From Carcharhinus longimanus (lineage: Eukaryota): a DNA stretch of 64,000 bases. The stretch spans positions 8,482,137-8,546,136 of the forward strand of contig JASCQW010000119.1 of NCBI GenBank assembly GCA_030264375.1. Direction: 5' to 3'. Shown in pieces: positions 1 to 12,714 of this stretch. Made by a program: the position numbers and the translations under genes. The notes under the pieces are model-generated. The model did no database searches and was not told where the DNA came from. It saw nothing but the letters and a program-made list of their open reading frames with translations. How positions within the stretch are numbered: the stretch's first letter is position 1; every line of letters begins with the position of its first letter.

Positions 1-940
1 CCCCCCCCCCCCCCCCGGAGGCGGTGGCGAGGAGAGAAATGAATGTACGTGTTTTCCAGGAGCAAAAATGTTGTATTCAGTTTAAACTGACCAGTTCAGG
101 TTGTTTCAGTGGTCTTCATGTTTGAAGACATTGATTATTTTGTTGCGAAAGTGCAGCATTGTTCGGCATGGAAATGTTGAACCGTCATTAAACTTTTATT
201 ACTCTGCAGCAAGTGATCTGTATTTATTCGTTGTTATACTCTTAAATAGTGATGAAATTAATGTACTGCATATGGGGCATTGATTTTCTAAATGTTCAAA
301 AGCAGCACTATACGAATGCACATATGNNNNNNNNNNCATATGAAGCAAAAAACACAAATAAAATGTTCCTCCCTCATCTTGATAAAACTGTGATACATGG
401 GAATTTTTGCAACTAATTAAAATTATTCTTAACGCTGTGGCAGTGAAGCGATATTCATTGAATCATCTTGTGGCATACGAAATATTCGAGGATATTGTAA
501 TTATATAATATTCATACAGTGCAGCAGGGAAGTGAACCAAAAATTACATTTCCAAAGATTGTTCAGAGTGTTGATTGGTCCACCTTAGGGAATGCTTTAC
601 ACGGGTAACGTTGATGCGTGTAATAACAAGCTCTTGGAACACAGTCGAAGGTAACTAACAGAAACTTAGAAAGTTAGATTTGGATGTTGAGATGCATGAA
701 AAGTCTGACGTTTTCTCCAAGCACTTCTCTGGCGTAGGTGTGCATGTGTTCATGTATGGATGACAACATATCCTTTGGAATTCTTTGCACCATGTAAAAG
801 CGACTCAAGTGCAACAATGATAAGCAAACTATATGTTTGCCGAAGTATGGCGATTGGACATCTGCAGCATTGCTTTGTGGGATTGAAATCGGGTAGAGCA
901 TATCGGCCGAGAACAGTTACCTTGAGTTGCCCGTCCAATG

Positions 941-980
941 TGCGTGTGTGTGTGTGTGTGGTGTGTGTGTGTGTGTGTGT
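941..980. repeat. (GT)n microsatellite
   Basis: Direct reading of GT dinucleotide run. Confidence 0.95.
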
Positions 981-1122
981 GAATTTCTCAATACATATCA
1001 ATTATCTATTGCAATACTTCAATGTTAGCAACGTGCTGAAGACAACATTTCATATTTGTAACATAACAATATATCAACCGATACCAAAGTAATGCATACA
1101 ATCACTCAAAGCCAGATATAAA

Positions 1123-1168
1123 CTTTCTCTTTCTTTCTCTATCTCTCCCTCTGCCCCCTCCACCTCCT

Positions 1169-1211
<43 letters not shown>

Positions 1212-1225
1212 ACACGCACGCGCGC
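1123..1225. repeat. Compound (CT)n/(CA)n microsatellite
   Basis: Direct reading. Confidence 0.9.
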
Positions 1226-2382
1226 ATCTTCGGGCACAAACACACGCACTGAAACAAGAATAGAGAGATAACGAAGCACCTGCACATAATGTCAGGGAAA
1301 CAAACACACACACAGTCAAATGCACAATACAAAAGCAAGCATTTTTTTTTCATTTAACAACTCTCCTTGAGGTGCGCTGATACGGAACATGTCAGGCAGA
1401 CTTTCGAGGGACTGCCGCACAAGCCAGCGTTCTTTATGCACATGCTAGGCTGCAGCTTTTGATGTTGTGCTAATTTTAATCGCATTTTAACTTGCCTTTG
1501 TGTCGATTGAAGTATTGTTCCTGCTTTCATTCAAATAACTCATGTCATCATGCGAAAACGACACAACACTGATGTAATTTTAGACACAAATGATATCGTC
1601 GTTCAGAGGAGGCATAACTTTGTGTAATTATTTTCCATGTTCCAATACATAAATCTGAACTAATTTCCAGGCAAATGTGTGCATATGCCTGTGGAAATTT
1701 TTCAACCAGGCAAGTAATATTCTTTGATGCCCAACCATCCCTTACAAACGTAGTTCGCTAATGTTCCCTCGCCGCCACAACGTTCGAAATCATTTGTCAA
1801 TTGCGAACAGTAAATCCTTAATCATATCATAACTGAATCTCGTGATCTAATATTGCTCACAGTCTACTTCACAACTAACTTACGCGATTGTTGGCAATGA
1901 CAAGACTGATTTGTCATTTAACCCGGTAAAGGCAGCAATGTATACAATGGAAATGCGTCAATTAATGAATAGAAAATAAAAGGATATTTTTGCTGCAATT
2001 TCATTTGGTGCACTTCCAATTTTGTTGCCCACTAAAACAGCCATTTTATGGCATTAACTGATATCCAGAATCGTAAGCAAGATATATTTAAACGTATAAT
2101 AAACAATATACAGTCCACACATCAGCTGTTATGTGTTCACTGAAAATGAGAATAGTTGATATTTACAATGGGCTTCCCCTACCAGTAGTGCCCAGAACAA
2201 AATACACCTAAGTTTTTTTTTTCTTTTAATTTCATCCAGCGGTTTTCACATTTTCGTTCCAAAATGTTCTGCGGCAAACGGTTAGACGGCAAAAATGATC
2301 TTTGCAGTGATAAGCATTGTACTAAACATCAACACATTTAGTATAGCAATATCTAATGTTGATTAATCGTTTTAATCTCCAG

Positions 2383-2418
2383 AATGTCATGCATTAAAGG
2401 ACATTATCGAGGAAAAAG
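2383..2418 (+). CDS. 36-nt phase-1 micro-exon, (E)CHALKDIIEEK, of B30.2 gene
   Basis: ttttaatctccag|AATGTC...GAAAAAG|gtatga; length divisible by 3, open in phase 1, helical charged peptide. Confidence 0.75.
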
Positions 2419-2967
2419 GTATGATTATGCATTATTCACATTTATTGTCAACGTGTTTAAAATACCGATTTTCGATTCTTTTTGCGAATCGGAGGATATG
2501 TCAAATGCCAAAAGAGCAGGGCAATCACTTTCGATGTGCGAATTTAAGAGACAGCGAGATTTTTTGAACTTACCTCAAAGTGCCGTAGCCAAAACAAAAG
2601 CCAACGTGAACCACAGAATTTGGCTCTTGTTTGTCCTGCACTTCAAATGAGTCCAGGAGTTGGAGACATACCACGAAAAAAAAACTATTCCTCATTCACC
2701 TTCCACAAATTTCAGTGTTGAAGCAATTCCTGTAAGAAACTCCGAAATTCAGGTCTGTTCAACTATTCGAAATGACATCCCTGCGAATTAATATGAGAAG
2801 TAAAATTAGTTTTTTTTTGACGTTACAAGTTCCAGTACCATTTACGCTCCACAGGAGTACGTGACGTTACAAAGAATACACTCCCAATCTTTGTCAAATG
2901 ATCCTGAAAGCATATCCACAGTACATAAATAGGTTAACAGATAACACTGGACTATAGTTATTCCCAA

Positions 2968-3058
2968 AAGCAGCTCACCACCACCTTCTCAAGCTCAACT
3001 GATGATGGACAATAAATATTGGCCAACAGTGATCCTATGCCCCACGAATAAATAAAAT
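2968..3058 (+). mobile_element. Degenerate LINE (L2-like) 3' tail
   Basis: cagctcaccaccaccttctcaag...aataaatattggcc...aataaataaaa; related copies near 8725-8810 and 33950-34090. Family is recalled, not searched. Confidence 0.5.
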
Positions 3059-4459
3059 ACGCGTCAAAAAATGACCGAATCTATGTGGCATCTGCAAAGG
3101 GATTTTCCCTGGACAGCCATCATGATCGCCATTGTTGACTTCCCTCTTGATAATACACACATGGTCATAATTGGCAATGATTTATATCTTTACCAGTATA
3201 CCTACTGTGATTTCAATGAAAGGTACATTCTGTATTATCTTGATAATATAAGAGCAAAAAACAAAAATTCCGGTCAACTTTTCATCCTAAGTAATTTGCT
3301 TCAGCACTTTATTTTATGGTGAGGTTTTAACCGATCTACCTGCTCCTCTCAACATGTTTTTCCATTCCCAAATACTCTGTGCATCCCAGTACTGAATCAA
3401 ACATAATGAAGCACTATACTTAACGGAATTTTCCATCGATTCCAACATATTCAAGGGCCAAAGCTTTAAGATAAATGCAATTCGAATGTGGATGACTCCT
3501 TATTTATTTCTCAGTTCCAATCCGCCATCTGCGTGGCACATCGTGAGTTTTTGATGTATGATGGGAAATTTGGAGTCTAGATCCATGAACAATCAATAAA
3601 ATGCAGACTACAAATGATGGAGAAAAATAAGTTTCTGGAGGAGCTCGGTGTGTCTTGCTAGCATCTGAGGACAGACGGGAACAAATATAATATTCCTCGA
3701 AACTAAATGCACTCACATTCTGATCTCTTTTTTTTTATTTCGTATCCGCAGCATCTGCTTCATTTTTGTTTTCATTAACACCCACGTTATTTAACACGCT
3801 TATTGATATGCTGCCGTAAATTCACTCACTCTTCCATCATTGTGAAATAACAGTGATGTCCAGCATACACAAAATGCTCGGGAGTATCCCCTCGACTCAT
3901 TTAACAGACAATCGCAAATCCCATTGCTGCATTATTTTTTAAAAAACACTCGGAACAGTTTGATGCTACCTGCATAAACGTGATTCTTACATTACAGTCG
4001 CGCGCAACCATGATTATAATTTAGTTACCATGCTCCCATTCCCACTTTCACAAAATTGTAGAATTAATAGACCAACAGCAATTAGTTTGTATCACCATGA
4101 AATGATTTCCAGTACTTCAATAGTACACTTCAGCGGCACATGATCAAGGGCAATTCTCGAGGTATGCTAACTCCCAGTTCGAAAAAAAATATTTTAAACA
4201 GACTGCATTTGCAGTGCACCACTGTCATCTGTCTGTGCCTTGCAAGTTGAAACATGGTTCAACTTTCTCAACATCATGTTGAAAAATTGAAATCCAGCTT
4301 CACACAACAAATTCATTCTGTGAGGGACAGAAATTGAAAGACGAGGGAGCTGTTTCAATGAAAAGTAAAACGTAGAACACAGTGGGAACACATTACCACA
4401 TGTGAAATAATGAAAAGCAAAGGTTTGGGAAAGATGGGGAAAACATCATTTGTTTTCAG

Positions 4460-4760
4460 TGTAAGAAGGTGTGACCAACACAGCACCAATGGTTCAGATC
4501 GGTATTCGGAACAGACATTGGGTAAGAAAAAACGTCCAGTGGCATTGATTTGGGTAGTACAGGAATTCCAGCGATTGGTCGAGGAGCTGAAGAAGCGTGC
4601 ATCGCCTCAACATGGGCTGAAAAGTAAGATTGTGCAGACTGTTTTTGAAGGATTTGCCAGTGTGAGTAGAACTTACTCAGGTAGAACGCGGGAGTAGGTA
4701 AATACGTTAAATATTGAGAGGTACGACAGCTAGTCTGTCTCTAAGTGTAGGATATTAAAA
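4460..4760 (+). mobile_element. Very degenerate CR1 ORF1 (esterase-like) fragment
   Basis: QEFQRLVEELKKRAS resembles CR1 ORF1 E(F/Y)RELGRKLKSRTS; frameshifted. Confidence 0.35.
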
Positions 4761-5249
4761 TATTAGCACTCCTCCTGACGTATTACCCAAGGTAGAGGAA
4801 ATGTGCGAAATACATCGAGATAGAAAGGTGTCCCCATGTGTAAAGTAAGGCAAGGAAGCCCAAGCATGAATGGGAAAGTGATAGTGGGAATGAGGAAATA
4901 AATGGCTATTCCATGAATACAGTTATTTGTTGCAAAACAAAATAGTGGATCATAGGTGGGTGTGATATCTGTTGAAGTTTTCTTTTGTTAAAATGAGGAA
5001 AGCAGGGCACTGAGGAGTTAAAAAAATGCCCTGGATTTTATTTTTATTTTTCCACACTGTGTGGCGCTTTGATCCTGCAGCTATCGTTTAAATTGGAAGC
5101 AAGAATAAATGTCAAAGAAGAAGGAGTTGCGGTCCAATTACTTGACATTCTGTTTTGTGTGATGGAAAAGGAAAATGAAAAACAAAAGTAGAACATCAGG
5201 CAAAGGTATTTAATACTCAAGGATTAATAGATGGAAAAGAAAAATCGTC

Positions 5250-6240
5250 AGTCATAAGTGTTTACACCACGGACACAGTCAACTCGACTTACCTACTCCA
5301 TGCCACTGTTTTTCCCAAAAGAGCTAGTCACGATTGCCGGATTTATCCCACTGTACCCATCTTACCCATTTGCATGTCCACACAAGTAAAAGACTAAATT
5401 GGACGCGCCTCAATTACTTCATCTGGCACCTTGTTGCAGGCACTCAACAACTTCTGTGTGAAATAAAAGGGCCATGTGCATCCTTTTGTACCTCTAAAAT
5501 CTGACCTTGAACCGATGACATCTTGTATTAAACGCCACTAACTTTGGGAAACGATGTTGACTAATTCGCTGATTAATGCTTCTCGTTATTTTGTAGACCT
5601 TGGGAAGAACTCTGCGAAGCGTCCTATGCTCTGAAGGAAAAGTTGTCCGATTCCAAAACTTTCCATCCTCTCCTTATTTCTCGAATCATTAAGTTCTGGC
5701 AGCTTCCCAGTCAATCCGTTCTGCAGTTTTCTTTTCTGTTAATATTATTTCTGTAACAAAATTGAACGAACAAATATACAGTACTCAAAAGTGTTGTCTT
5801 TCTCATGGCTTACAACTTCAACAGATATCCCAAATACTTCATTCGACGTTCTGAACAATGAAACGAAGTATTTCGAATGGCTTCTTCAGCAGTGGATCCA
5901 CCTGTGGCTCTACGTCCAAAGAGCTATGAAACTGTATCATTCGTTCTTTTTTTTCCTTAACGTTCTCAAATGCCTTACCATTGACATTGCATGTCCTGCA
6001 TTTTTTGATCAACCAAAATGCATCACTTTGTTTTCTAAAATAAATTCCTTCTGCTATTTAGCAGTCCACTGACCCAACTGACCCTGATCCCGTTGCAACG
6101 CTAGACAACGTTCTTCACTACCCACTATACTATCAATCTTGGTGTAATCTTCAAAGTTATTAATCGTGTATCGCAAATTCTCATCCGAACTAGAAATATA
6201 AAACACTAATAACACTGAACTCAGCACTGATCCCTATGGA
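5250..6240 (-). mobile_element. 5'-truncated CR1 LINE (RT C-terminus and 3' UTR)
   Basis: Reverse strand gives a PxGSVL remnant (cagcactgatccctatgga near 6222-6240) and a FxDxTKI remnant near 6135-6155; many stops. Confidence 0.7.
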
Positions 6241-7499
6241 TCTAATTTCATTCATCTTTGAGAACGAAATACCTCTGTTTGATTCTCTACCGGCTTCACT
6301 TTTCACATTTTACGCTAATTAGACTGTGAATCGCTAGATTAATACATTATTGATTAATCATTAATGTAAATAAGCGAAGGCTTAAAAAAAGAAACCATAT
6401 TTTTCATGGGGCTGGAATACTTTTTATTTCGTAATGGAGGAGGTGCTGCAAATTCAGCTGCAGTAATTCCAGTTTTTTTTTTGGGGGGGGAGGGTAAAAA
6501 TGAACAATGTTAGGGACAAAGCATGGAATCATCCCTTTTAAAGTTTGTGTTTTGTCAATGTTTGTAGGTCCAAAAGCATGGAAATGCATAGAGAATTCCA
6601 AATTGAAAGAAAAGATGTACTGCAAAGCGAAGCATCAGTACTTCAGCAAGTCAAATAGATTTTGAGATTAGCCAATTTATTTGAATCAGACACACAGATA
6701 CCAAGAATCGAGTAAATTTGCATCTGCTAATTGCTTCCAACACGGGACCAAGACTGTTGTGCGAAACATTTAAATAACATTTCAGGTTAAAACAAAAAGG
6801 CGGGGGGCGGGGGGAGGGGGGGGGGGCACTGGGGCAAAAAGAGACAGCAACGTCCACCTACCAAAGGTAACGGCTTACATAGCTTTAACTATGTATCAGG
6901 ATAAGTTCATTCCATACAAGTAACGCACCAAAGAGTAGAAAAGTTCCATACCGAAGAATCAATATAAAATGCACAAAATGTCCTGGAAGACACAAAATCC
7001 GCTTGCAATTAGAATAGCCACTATATTCTAGTTAGTTCCTGAGTGGAAATTGTATTTATTAGAACAACACACGATTATGTTCTTGATTTATTCGTCAATG
7101 AATAACAATTAGAAAGGTTAATTTTGATTTGTTGATAGCGTATTTAATATATTCACGTTAGTTACACACGCACGTTGTTACATGCTGATTTTAGAGCGTG
7201 TGCAGGGATTATTTTGTACTCATCGACTAGAAGCTCCTGAAGTCCACAAACACAGACTTCCGATTATGATGCGAGGTTCCCATATTTAGATATTTTGGTA
7301 ATAGTTTTTAGAGGGGGAAACCAACCGTTGTTTTATAACAACGGTGTCCATGTATGGAAGTAACGTCTGCTGAAGCCATAAAAAGTGGNNNNNNNNNNNN
7401 NNNNNNNNNNNNNNNNNNNNNNNNNNNNNNNNNNNNNNNNNNNNNNNNNNNNNNNNNNNNNNNNNNNNNNNNNNNNNNNNNNNNNNNNNNNNNNNNNNN

Positions 7500-7576
7500 T
7501 TGTTTTTTTCTTAATTGGTCGGCGCAACATCGTGGGCCGAAGGGCCTGTTCTGCGCTGTAATGTTCTATGTTCTAT
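7500..7576 (+). mobile_element. CR1/SINE 3' tail ending in (GTTCTAT)n
   Basis: ggtcggcgcaacatcgtgggccgaagggcctgttctgcgctgtaatgttctatgttctat; the same tail occurs reversed from about 15194. Confidence 0.8.
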
Positions 7577-7590
7577 TTAATTTGGTCCAG

Positions 7591-7617
7591 ATCAAGCATT
7601 GGCAAAGAAAGACAAAG
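7591..7617 (+). CDS. 27-nt phase-1 micro-exon, DQALAKKDK
   Basis: tttggtccag|ATCAAG...GACAAAG|gtacat; moderate donor; joins its neighbours into a continuous coil. Confidence 0.7.
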
Positions 7618-9400
7618 GTACATTGTTTTACTTCATTCGGTGTTGTCGCTTAAATATTTTATGTTTGAACCTTTTTGTTCATTTTTGGGGTTACTCACGA
7701 TGACGGAATGGCACACGATCCGTTCTCAACCCAAATGGCAACTGATATCCGAAGAACCATTTTGACTTGTCTTTATTAAATTTTGGAGATGGACAGTTAT
7801 GTTCACAAGTCGAATGTCATTTCTTAGACAAATCTTGTAGCAACAGTGAATCAGTTTGCACCAACGAGAACTAGCTTCAGACTGCGGAAGTATACATAAA
7901 CTTTATGTCCGGAAATTCTACGTCTCACCGGCCATGGGAATCAGAGCGGCCAAGGGGTGGACAATGGACATGTTCGTTGACTCGTGGTGGGATTTTACAC
8001 TGTCGGAATGTGCGTGGCCGTAATCTCTTGCCCAATGCTGCAGCAGCTCGTTCAGTTTGATTTGAATCCAGTATCGCCAGAGCATTAACGACCCAGTTAA
8101 CTTTCCTCCAGGCCAACAGTTTCCCGATTTTCCCAACTTGTCCAATTTTCCGCCATTTGATAGTATTTTGATACAGCCTGCCGTTTGTGATTATTTCTAG
8201 GTGAATAAGTTTATCATTGTGATTCAATTACCCCTCCAAACGTTCCCAAAGATAAGCAATGCCACTTAACATGTAACAAATAAGTGTGCTTACCACTTGC
8301 TTTTCTTGAAATGACCGATGCCAGTTTTGTTGATTGCATGGAATATGAAAGATGGATATTTACATCAAGGGTGGTGGGTTATGAAAGGGAGAAAGATAAT
8401 GTCACAGCTGGAATCAAGTGTAAATTACAAAAACAGTCTTCCCGCTGTGCATATATTAAAGGAAAATGCTTAACTTGTTGCATTGCAGTATCACAACGGA
8501 ACGTGTTGGACAGCATGTTCCAAATCAGCAACATCTTCAAGCTCGAAAGACAATGATAGATGATGTATACAAGCATCACAATATGCATTCCAGCCGCACA
8601 ACATTCAGATTTTTGACATGTTTCCGTTCCTATACTATCGCTTCTTCAAAATCTGGAACAGCTTCCTATAGGAGCCCGAATGTGTTTCTTTACCAAATAG
8701 TCAGCAATCGTCCCAGGAGATAACAAGGAACGCCTTCTCAAGGACAATTTTGTATGGGAAACAAATGCTGGCCAAGCCGGAGATGTCTACGTACCACGAA
8801 ACGATAAAACAAATTGGCTCTTATAACTACATCAAACACGAGTTAGTTAATCGGAGTTAAGGATTTCTTTGCCAGTAAATTATTCCATATCGGTTCTCCA
8901 AAACAAAAGCCAATCTTACGTCAGGCATGAAATGCCTCTCACACATCACCAATTCATGATATACCTTGTGACATATTTTTGGCCCATTATATCCAAGAAT
9001 ATATTTTATACATGGACGTCGTGAATGTACACACTTTTTTTTGTCGCACAAAGTAATATATTGCTCAAAATAGTACGCAAAATTCCAAGGAGTGTAATTT
9101 CAAGAACACGTATCATTGCTGATATTAGGGGATTATTTTCAAGAATTATGTCAATGTTACACGCCGTGTATCGTTCTCGTTGTCTCAACAGAATTAGAGA
9201 AACAACGGATAAACAATCAAGAGTGTGGTGAGAGCAAAAAACGCAAAACATTTTTTCTTGAAATGTGAAGAATCAGCTCATTCATTCTCACGACCTGACA
9301 NNNNNNNNNNNNNNNNNNNNNNNNNNNNNNNNNNNNNNNNNNNNNNNNNNNNNNNNNNNNNNNNNNNNNNNNNNNNNNNNNNNNNNNNNNNNNNNNNNNN

Positions 9401-9510
9401 CCAGAATTGCACCCATTGATACCAACTCTTTGCTTCCTATTAGACAGCCAATCCTCTATCCACGCTAACACCTTACCCAAAATTCCGTGCACCCGAACCT
9501 TCTGCAGCAT
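9401..9510 (-). mobile_element. CR1 RT fragment
   Basis: ORF MLQKVRVHGILGKVLAWIEDWLSNRKQRVGING is a typical CR1 RT segment. Confidence 0.9.
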
Positions 9511-9767
9511 AACCCGACATGTATACGGAATGAAGTCTTACATCTTAGTTTGTAAGCATTTTACGGTATAAGAAGTCGTATTGTGTTAACCCCAGTTCAA
9601 CACCGGCATCTCCAAATCACGTATACGTTATTGCATCGAGAGATAACATAACCTTACTCGGGATATAAATTAATGCAAATTATATTGATAATTCTTTTGA
9701 ACCTTTGTTCTTGAATTCTTGTGTTCAATATCCATGTCAAACGTATGGAATTTCGGCTCTTCTGTAG

Positions 9768-9803
9768 AAATCCAGAAACTGGAAGACAAACTCACTGACC
9801 AAG
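9768..9803 (+). CDS. 36-nt phase-1 micro-exon, EIQKLEDKLTDQ
   Basis: ctcttctgtag|AAATCC...GACCAAG|gtgagt; consensus donor; coil peptide. Confidence 0.88.
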
Positions 9804-11764
9804 GTGAGTGTTAAATTTATCATTTTTATACAAAAAAAAAACTGGTGATTAGGCGTATTTCACTCTTTTTTCCACAAGTGAACTGTTCATTGAATCATCT
9901 GAGGCATTGCGGCAGAACATCTTTGCAGGATGTTCCAGAGTATAACCTCCTTCTGGAAGCCAACATTTTCAATGGGCAAACTGGGACTTGGGAAGGATTT
10001 GAGTTATCCACAGTGGCGTTTAGTCACTGAACGGGATTACGCCCCGACTACTTAGCATCCAGCTCGTTAAAATTGAAAAGAAACTACTCTGATATGTAAC
10101 TTAAAATGAATTGACTGAATGTTTGTTTTTCTTTGCACTGCTACGAATTGCAGCAGATTTGGGAGATTGTTTGGTTGTTCTTTACTATTTGGGCTGTCTT
10201 GCATCGTTCGTTTTTTTTTAATGTCAAACAGCCATAATTGTATTCCATATGTCTCGTTTAATTTGAGGTGAAAATTGATACCACACAATTGTGGGTTACC
10301 ACCCAGAAACTGGGCATTCCAGCAAATTAATAAGAACGACCTCAACACACAACATTGGCCTAATTCCATCTTGACCTGTCTCAGTTTATCACACGTCATG
10401 ATGTCACTTTTTCTCCTTCATGCGTTGTCAACCACAGCTGAATGATTATTCACCTGAAATATTCTTCATTTAGCCAGCTCCTCATTTTGACTAACCTCTT
10501 GGGGAGATTAAAACATAAAATATGTCCTACATTTCTTCTGGCATCTATTGACAGGCGTGCTCTGTCTATGCCGGAAAAAAAAATCAAGTCTGAATTTCTT
10601 CAAAATACTAGATCGTTGCATTTCCTTTGCACTCAATCAAGAAGTTCTCCATAAATTTACCAGAACATGTCTGCTCGTTGCTAATGAATGCAATATTCCA
10701 GATTTGTAATCAAGTTTACGACATTGTTTTAATCTCTTCCGATATTTCAAAATTATTTGGTCTTCCTTTATTTGAAGTAAACAATCATTATCTATCCAAA
10801 ATATTTGGAGCGAGTGAGCGATGACAAGTGATAGCCAGACATCTAGGCTCTGCTCCAGATATTGTCTAAACATGCTACTGCCAGGTAAAATTATTAATAT
10901 TATTATTACTATCATTATTACTGTTATTATTTTCATTCAATGCCCGAGTCCCTCACTCTGTCTCTTTTATGTGCGTGTGTCTGCCCTAGTTTGTATCTCT
11001 CTATCCCCTTTTTTTTACCCACTCATACCCTAACTTCCTTTCTGCCTTCCCCATTATACAGAATTTTAACCGTTGTCTGCATGCTGACTGTTTTTAAATG
11101 TGGATTATCAAGATATTAAAATAGGCGAAAACGCATTAGACGAGTTTTGTGTTTTAACCACTCCATTGCATGATTATAGAGGTGATATCATTGACAGAGA
11201 CTTTAAATGGTGGATTATGAAAACGTGTTTCCACTTGTGTAAGAGAATGTTGGTGTAGTACATTTCTTGGAAACACGTACACCCCTTTAAGAAACAAATT
11301 ATGACATATCCACAATTCGTTCTAAAACGTTGTTATTTATTTTTACTCTCATTGTCGGATCGTAGTGGAAATTGCCAAAAGTATGAAGGTTTTTTCGGCA
11401 AAGATAAATTAATTCTCTCGGGCCTCGAGGGGTTGGCAGAGACGGTGTGTGATTGGGGCGGCGAGTGTACGATGGTAATTGACAGAGTAGTGAGGGGAGG
11501 GGAGCGGGGGGTGGGGGTGGGTGGAGGGGTAGAGAATGAAGCCACATTCAGCTCAATATTCTTAATGATTGCACAATAAGAGTACTTCATATTGCTATCT
11601 GTATGTATGAANNNNNNNNNNNNNNNNNNNNNNNNNNNNNNNNNNNNNNNNNNNNNNNNNNNNNNNNNNNNNNNNNNNNNNNNNNNNNNNNNNNNNNNNN
11701 NNNNNNNNNNNNNNNNNNNNNNNNNNNNNNNNNNNNNNNNNNNNNNNNNNNNNNNNNNNNNNNN

Positions 11765-11835
11765 CTAACACCCTACCCCCAACTCCATGCCCCCTGACCT
11801 TCTGCAATAACCTCTTGTGAGGTACCTTGTCAAAA
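11765..11835 (-). mobile_element. CR1 RT fragment
   Basis: FDKVPHKRLLQKVRGHGVGGRVL. Confidence 0.9.
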
Positions 11836-12678
11836 ATTTCGTGACAAATCAATGCAAAACACGTTCCAATTCTTTGAACTTCGCAAAGGATAAGTTTGGC
11901 CTCTGAAATGAAATTACAAAATGAATGCATAAAATTGAAAAAAAAAGTTGTCATAAGTTTTCATGAATCAACACTTGTGTTACAGATAGACAATCTTGCC
12001 CTTTCAGAGTGCCATCCGGTTAGAAACATTCAAATAGATTTTGCAGATGATGAGGTTTGATACCAATGGACCAGGTTATCACGGATGTGAAATATTCAGA
12101 GATCGTAGCAATTGGGAATAACTTGTTTTTACTTTATTGTAGAAGATTTCAAATTTAGCACTGCTACAGAAGAATTGCATTAAAGAAGCATTGAATGATG
12201 CGATAATTGGATCACTTTTGGAAATATTATTGCATGAGCAAGAATGGGGACAGAATCGTGTCCTCACTCTGACATTTATTGGAACTTCAGATTACAGAGA
12301 TTTACATCAATGACTTACAAAGCAACATATGACTTGGCAGTTCCGTTGGAAGGAATAATTTTACGCCTGACAGAAATTAAAGTCACACCTTTTCCACAGA
12401 GCCAGCTCAGTGAGAATTCTGGGGTTGAAACTGCCATGTTCAGCTTGCTACCTTTATTGCTCTGGGATGAATGCATCATTTCAAAGAAGTCAAAATCGGT
12501 AGATGTTTCTCTGACTCGAACGTTTTATTTTAAATGAGGAACCTTAACAATTTGCGGCCATATGATATGAACGTCTCATATTTGTTCCCTCCCCTCCATC
12601 CCCATTCATCCGGCCCCATATCAATCCTTCCCTCTCACCACACCCATGCCCCTTTCCACATTTCCTTCCCCTACAAAG

Positions 12679-12714
12679 AACTGGAGAAATTGCGTAAAAA
12701 GCTTCAAGACTGTG
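12679..12714 (+). CDS. 36-nt phase-1 micro-exon, ELEKLRKKLQDC
   Basis: tttccttcccctacaaag|AACTGG...GACTGTG|gtgagt; long pyrimidine tract. Confidence 0.88.

Noticed and set aside
210-283. Possible transmembrane exon ASDLYLFVVILLN after a ctgcag acceptor
   Set aside because: The hydrophobic run is too short for a TM helix and there is no convincing donor before the stop.
6801-6835. G-rich runs able to form G-quadruplexes (also near 11490, 44200, 56130)
   Set aside because: Simple homopolymer expansions are common in this window, and there is no positional link to exons.
10232-10267. 36-nt AG..GT unit
   Set aside because: In-frame TGA and weak donor; it shows that correctly sized units can arise by chance.
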